From: Candidatus Omnitrophota bacterium
Lineage (GTDB): Bacteria > Omnitrophota > Gorgyraeia > 2-01-FULL-45-10
Assembly (NCBI GenBank): GCA_030695905.1
Contig: JAUYOL010000023.1
Coordinates: 1-56,271, forward strand
Direction of reading: 5' to 3'
Length of the DNA stretch: 56,271 bases
Shown: positions 54,920 to 56,271 of the stretch, one piece after another
Layout of the letters: the number at the start of each line of letters is the position of its first letter
Position numbering within the stretch: position 1 is the stretch's first letter
Program-made: the position numbers and the translations under genes
The notes under the pieces: generated by a model
Seen by the model: the letters and a program-made list of their open reading frames with translations, nothing else
What the model was told of the DNA's origin: nothing
Database searches by the model: none

Positions 54920-55726
54920 ATGCGCATACGTAAGTATTATATTTTACTAGCGATGTTGTTCCTATATTCAGTCCCGTTTGTATTTGCCGATGAAGATGTA
55001 TCCAAAGAAGAGATAGCCCAGCCCTCCATACAAGATGAAACCACCAAGGACAAGGCAGTAGTTACTTCAGAGGCTATAGAGAAAGCGGCCCCGTCCTACA
55101 GTATGCGGTTAAAAGATATTATACAGCAGGCACAGGAGGGTATTAAAAGGATAGATAAGGAGCTGGCGGAAGAAGAGATCAGGGTTCGCAATCAGGAACG
55201 CGAGGCAAAGGTAAAGGAATTTTTTGATAAGGGTAATGCCCTGCATAAAGAAGGTGACTTAAAAGGCGCGAAAGAAGCATGGCAGAACGCGCTTAATATA
55301 ACTAAAGATCCGGAGATGCGCAGTTATATCGACCAGGCCGATAAAAAAGCCCGTCAAGAAGATCAGGCCAAACGCCAAGCAAAAGAAAAAGCACGCCAGG
55401 AAGAGCTAAGCAAAAAAGAAGCCGAGCGTAAAGCAAAGCTCGAAGCCGAAAGAAAAGCCGAAGAACAGCAGGATCGCCTCGAAGCTGAAAAAAGAGAACA
55501 AGCCCGTTTACAGCGCGAAGCACAGCGCCAAGCTGATGAAAAGGCAAGAGAGCAAGCCAGACTCGAGCGTGAAGCTCAAAGAAAACAAGAAGCCGAACAG
55601 CGTGAGCGCAAACGAGCGGAAGAAAAGGCCAAAAAAGAATCCGAGCGCCAGGCAAGGATAGAGGCCGACAAGAAGGTAAGAGAAGAGGCCAAGGCAAAAG
55701 AAGAAGCCAAGCAAGAATCCAAGTAA
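54920..55726 (+). CDS. Secreted protein with one TPR-like hairpin and a long Lys/Glu/Arg/Ala/Gln low-complexity helix (TolA-like composition)
   Basis: Signal peptide (ILLAMLFLYSVPFVFA), FFDKGNALHKEGDLKGAKEAWQNALNI, then ~130 aa of EAERKAKLEAERKAEEQQDRLEAEKREQARLQREAQRQ... Confidence 0.6.
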   Translation: MRIRKYYILLAMLFLYSVPFVFADEDVSKEEIAQPSIQDETTKDKAVVTSEAIEKAAPSYSMRLKDIIQQAQEGIKRIDKELAEEEIRVRNQEREAKVKEFFDKGNALHKEGDLKGAKEAWQNALNITKDPEMRSYIDQADKKARQEDQAKRQAKEKARQEELSKKEAERKAKLEAERKAEEQQDRLEAEKREQARLQREAQRQADEKAREQARLEREAQRKQEAEQRERKRAEEKAKKESERQARIEADKKVREEAKAKEEAKQESK

Positions 55727-55773
55727 CACTTTTAACCAGTGCCCTTATTTACCTTTTTAGCCCCCTTATGCTT

Positions 55774-56271
55774 TTACCGCCCTATATATACCCTCTCTCC
55801 ATCAACCATTACTCTTAGACCAGTAGCTGATGCGGGAGACATAATCTTCTGTAATGCCGTTACATAGGCACCTATTCTCGTCTGGACACTTTCCATCCTT
55901 GCCTCATTAACACTTAACGTAGAATAAGCCTCTGTAATGGAGTCACTTATCACGACATTGCTCTCATTGGTGGCGTGGCTCACATTGCTCTGGGTAGGCG
56001 TAGGTGTAGGGTTAGGTGCAGGCGCAGCCGTGATATTAGCTGTAGTAGTGGGCTGCGTAAGCGAGTAATTGGCTGAACTGCCTCCACTAATCGTAAGGCC
56101 TGATATAGTGACCAGTTTATCAGTGCCAACATCTTTACTTGCAAATGCGCCTGTAGCGGCTGTAGTATCAAGGGTAACTGTATCACCGGCTACTACACCG
56201 CTTAAGGCTGCCAGTGTCGTATTAAGGGTAGCGGCTGTTGTGCCGTCGTATGTCTTATTGTTAGCGGTAAT
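55774..56271 (-). CDS. 3' end of a large exoprotein with an MBG/YDG-type repeat (FHA-like adhesin), truncated by the window edge
   Basis: My reverse-strand translation is open from 56271: ITANNKTYDGTTAATLNTTLAALSGVVAGDTVTLDTTAATGAFASKDVGTDKLVTISGLTISGGSSANYSLTQPTTTANITAAPAPNPTPTPTQSNV SHATNES...VDGERVYIGR*. The K-YDGT...FASKDVG...GL.LSG..A.NY.L pattern is typical of MBG-domain repeats. The ORF-track entry 55774..55983 is only its tail. Confidence 0.7.
   Translation of the reverse strand: MTANNKTYDGTTAATLNTTLAALSGVVAGDTVTLDTTAATGAFASKDVGTDKLVTISGLTISGGSSANYSLTQPTTTANITAAPAPNPTPTPTQSNVSHATNESNVVISDSITEAYSTLSVNEARMESVQTRIGAYVTALQKIMSPASATGLRVMVDGERVYIGR

Noticed and set aside
55302-55729. 131-aa and 73-aa minus-strand ORFs, and the 55980-56186 minus ORF
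   Set aside because: The first two are antisense artefacts of the low-complexity Lys/Glu/Arg repeat. The last is an alternative frame of the real MBG-repeat gene, whose frame I verified by hand translation.

Overview
56.3-kb window from what looks like an uncultivated anaerobic diderm bacterium. The giant ORF, T2SS/T4P-like genes and anaerobe redox enzymes recall candidate phyla such as Omnitrophota, but taxonomy cannot be established from this window. Every credible gene except the last lies on the + strand, mostly with overlapping or abutting start/stop codons. No rRNA, tRNA, CRISPR array or complete IS element was seen.

Layout:
(1) 2-3437: a 5'-truncated secretin followed by four translationally coupled membrane-anchored TPR/coiled-coil proteins.
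(2) 3438-3682: a near-consensus promoter, a candidate c-di-GMP-I (GEMM-I) riboswitch aptamer and an intrinsic terminator with a competing anti-terminator pairing.
(3) 3683-17002: a membrane-anchored HUH/Y1 (RAYT/IS200-like) protein, then a single 12.3-kb ORF for a 4111-aa surface protein. Its parts are about 24 Kelch-like blades, a DUF2341-LamG-DUF2341 block, 13 Ig-like modules and a coiled-coil tail.
(4) 17003-17077: a nested perfect palindrome.
(5) 17078-30773: one tightly packed gene string. It holds an unknown bitopic protein, an HExxH peptidase, an F-type ATPase set (epsilon, c, b-delta fusion, alpha, gamma, beta) with no subunit a, and, abutting it with zero spacer, a T2SS/T4P-like machine (GspE/MshE-type ATPase, GspF, PilM-PilN fusion, PilO, three minor pseudopilins, GspG).
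(6) 30941-33838: a 965-aa unknown membrane-anchored protein.
(7) 33983-45374: an Rrf2-headed O2/ROS/NO detoxification island. It holds Hcp, NifU-like, a Tpx-PCD fusion, rubredoxin, ferredoxin, 2-oxoacid:ferredoxin oxidoreductase, flavin reductase, flavodiiron protein, ferritin-like protein, superoxide reductase, Grx-like, TrxR-like and Ogg.
(8) 45450-52662: envelope lipoproteins, a GT2, a DUF4912 + two GH57 glucan genes, DUF2934 and MarC.
(9) 52739-56271: a TpsB/ShlB-type transporter with an unusual C-terminal helical insertion, a Lys/Glu/Arg-rich secreted protein, and the 3' end of a convergent MBG/YDG-repeat exoprotein.

The strongest candidates for something new are the riboswitch-controlled HUH + giant-protein unit and the a-less F-ATPase embedded in the pilus/secretion operon. 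All domain calls come from reading motifs by eye; no database search was run.
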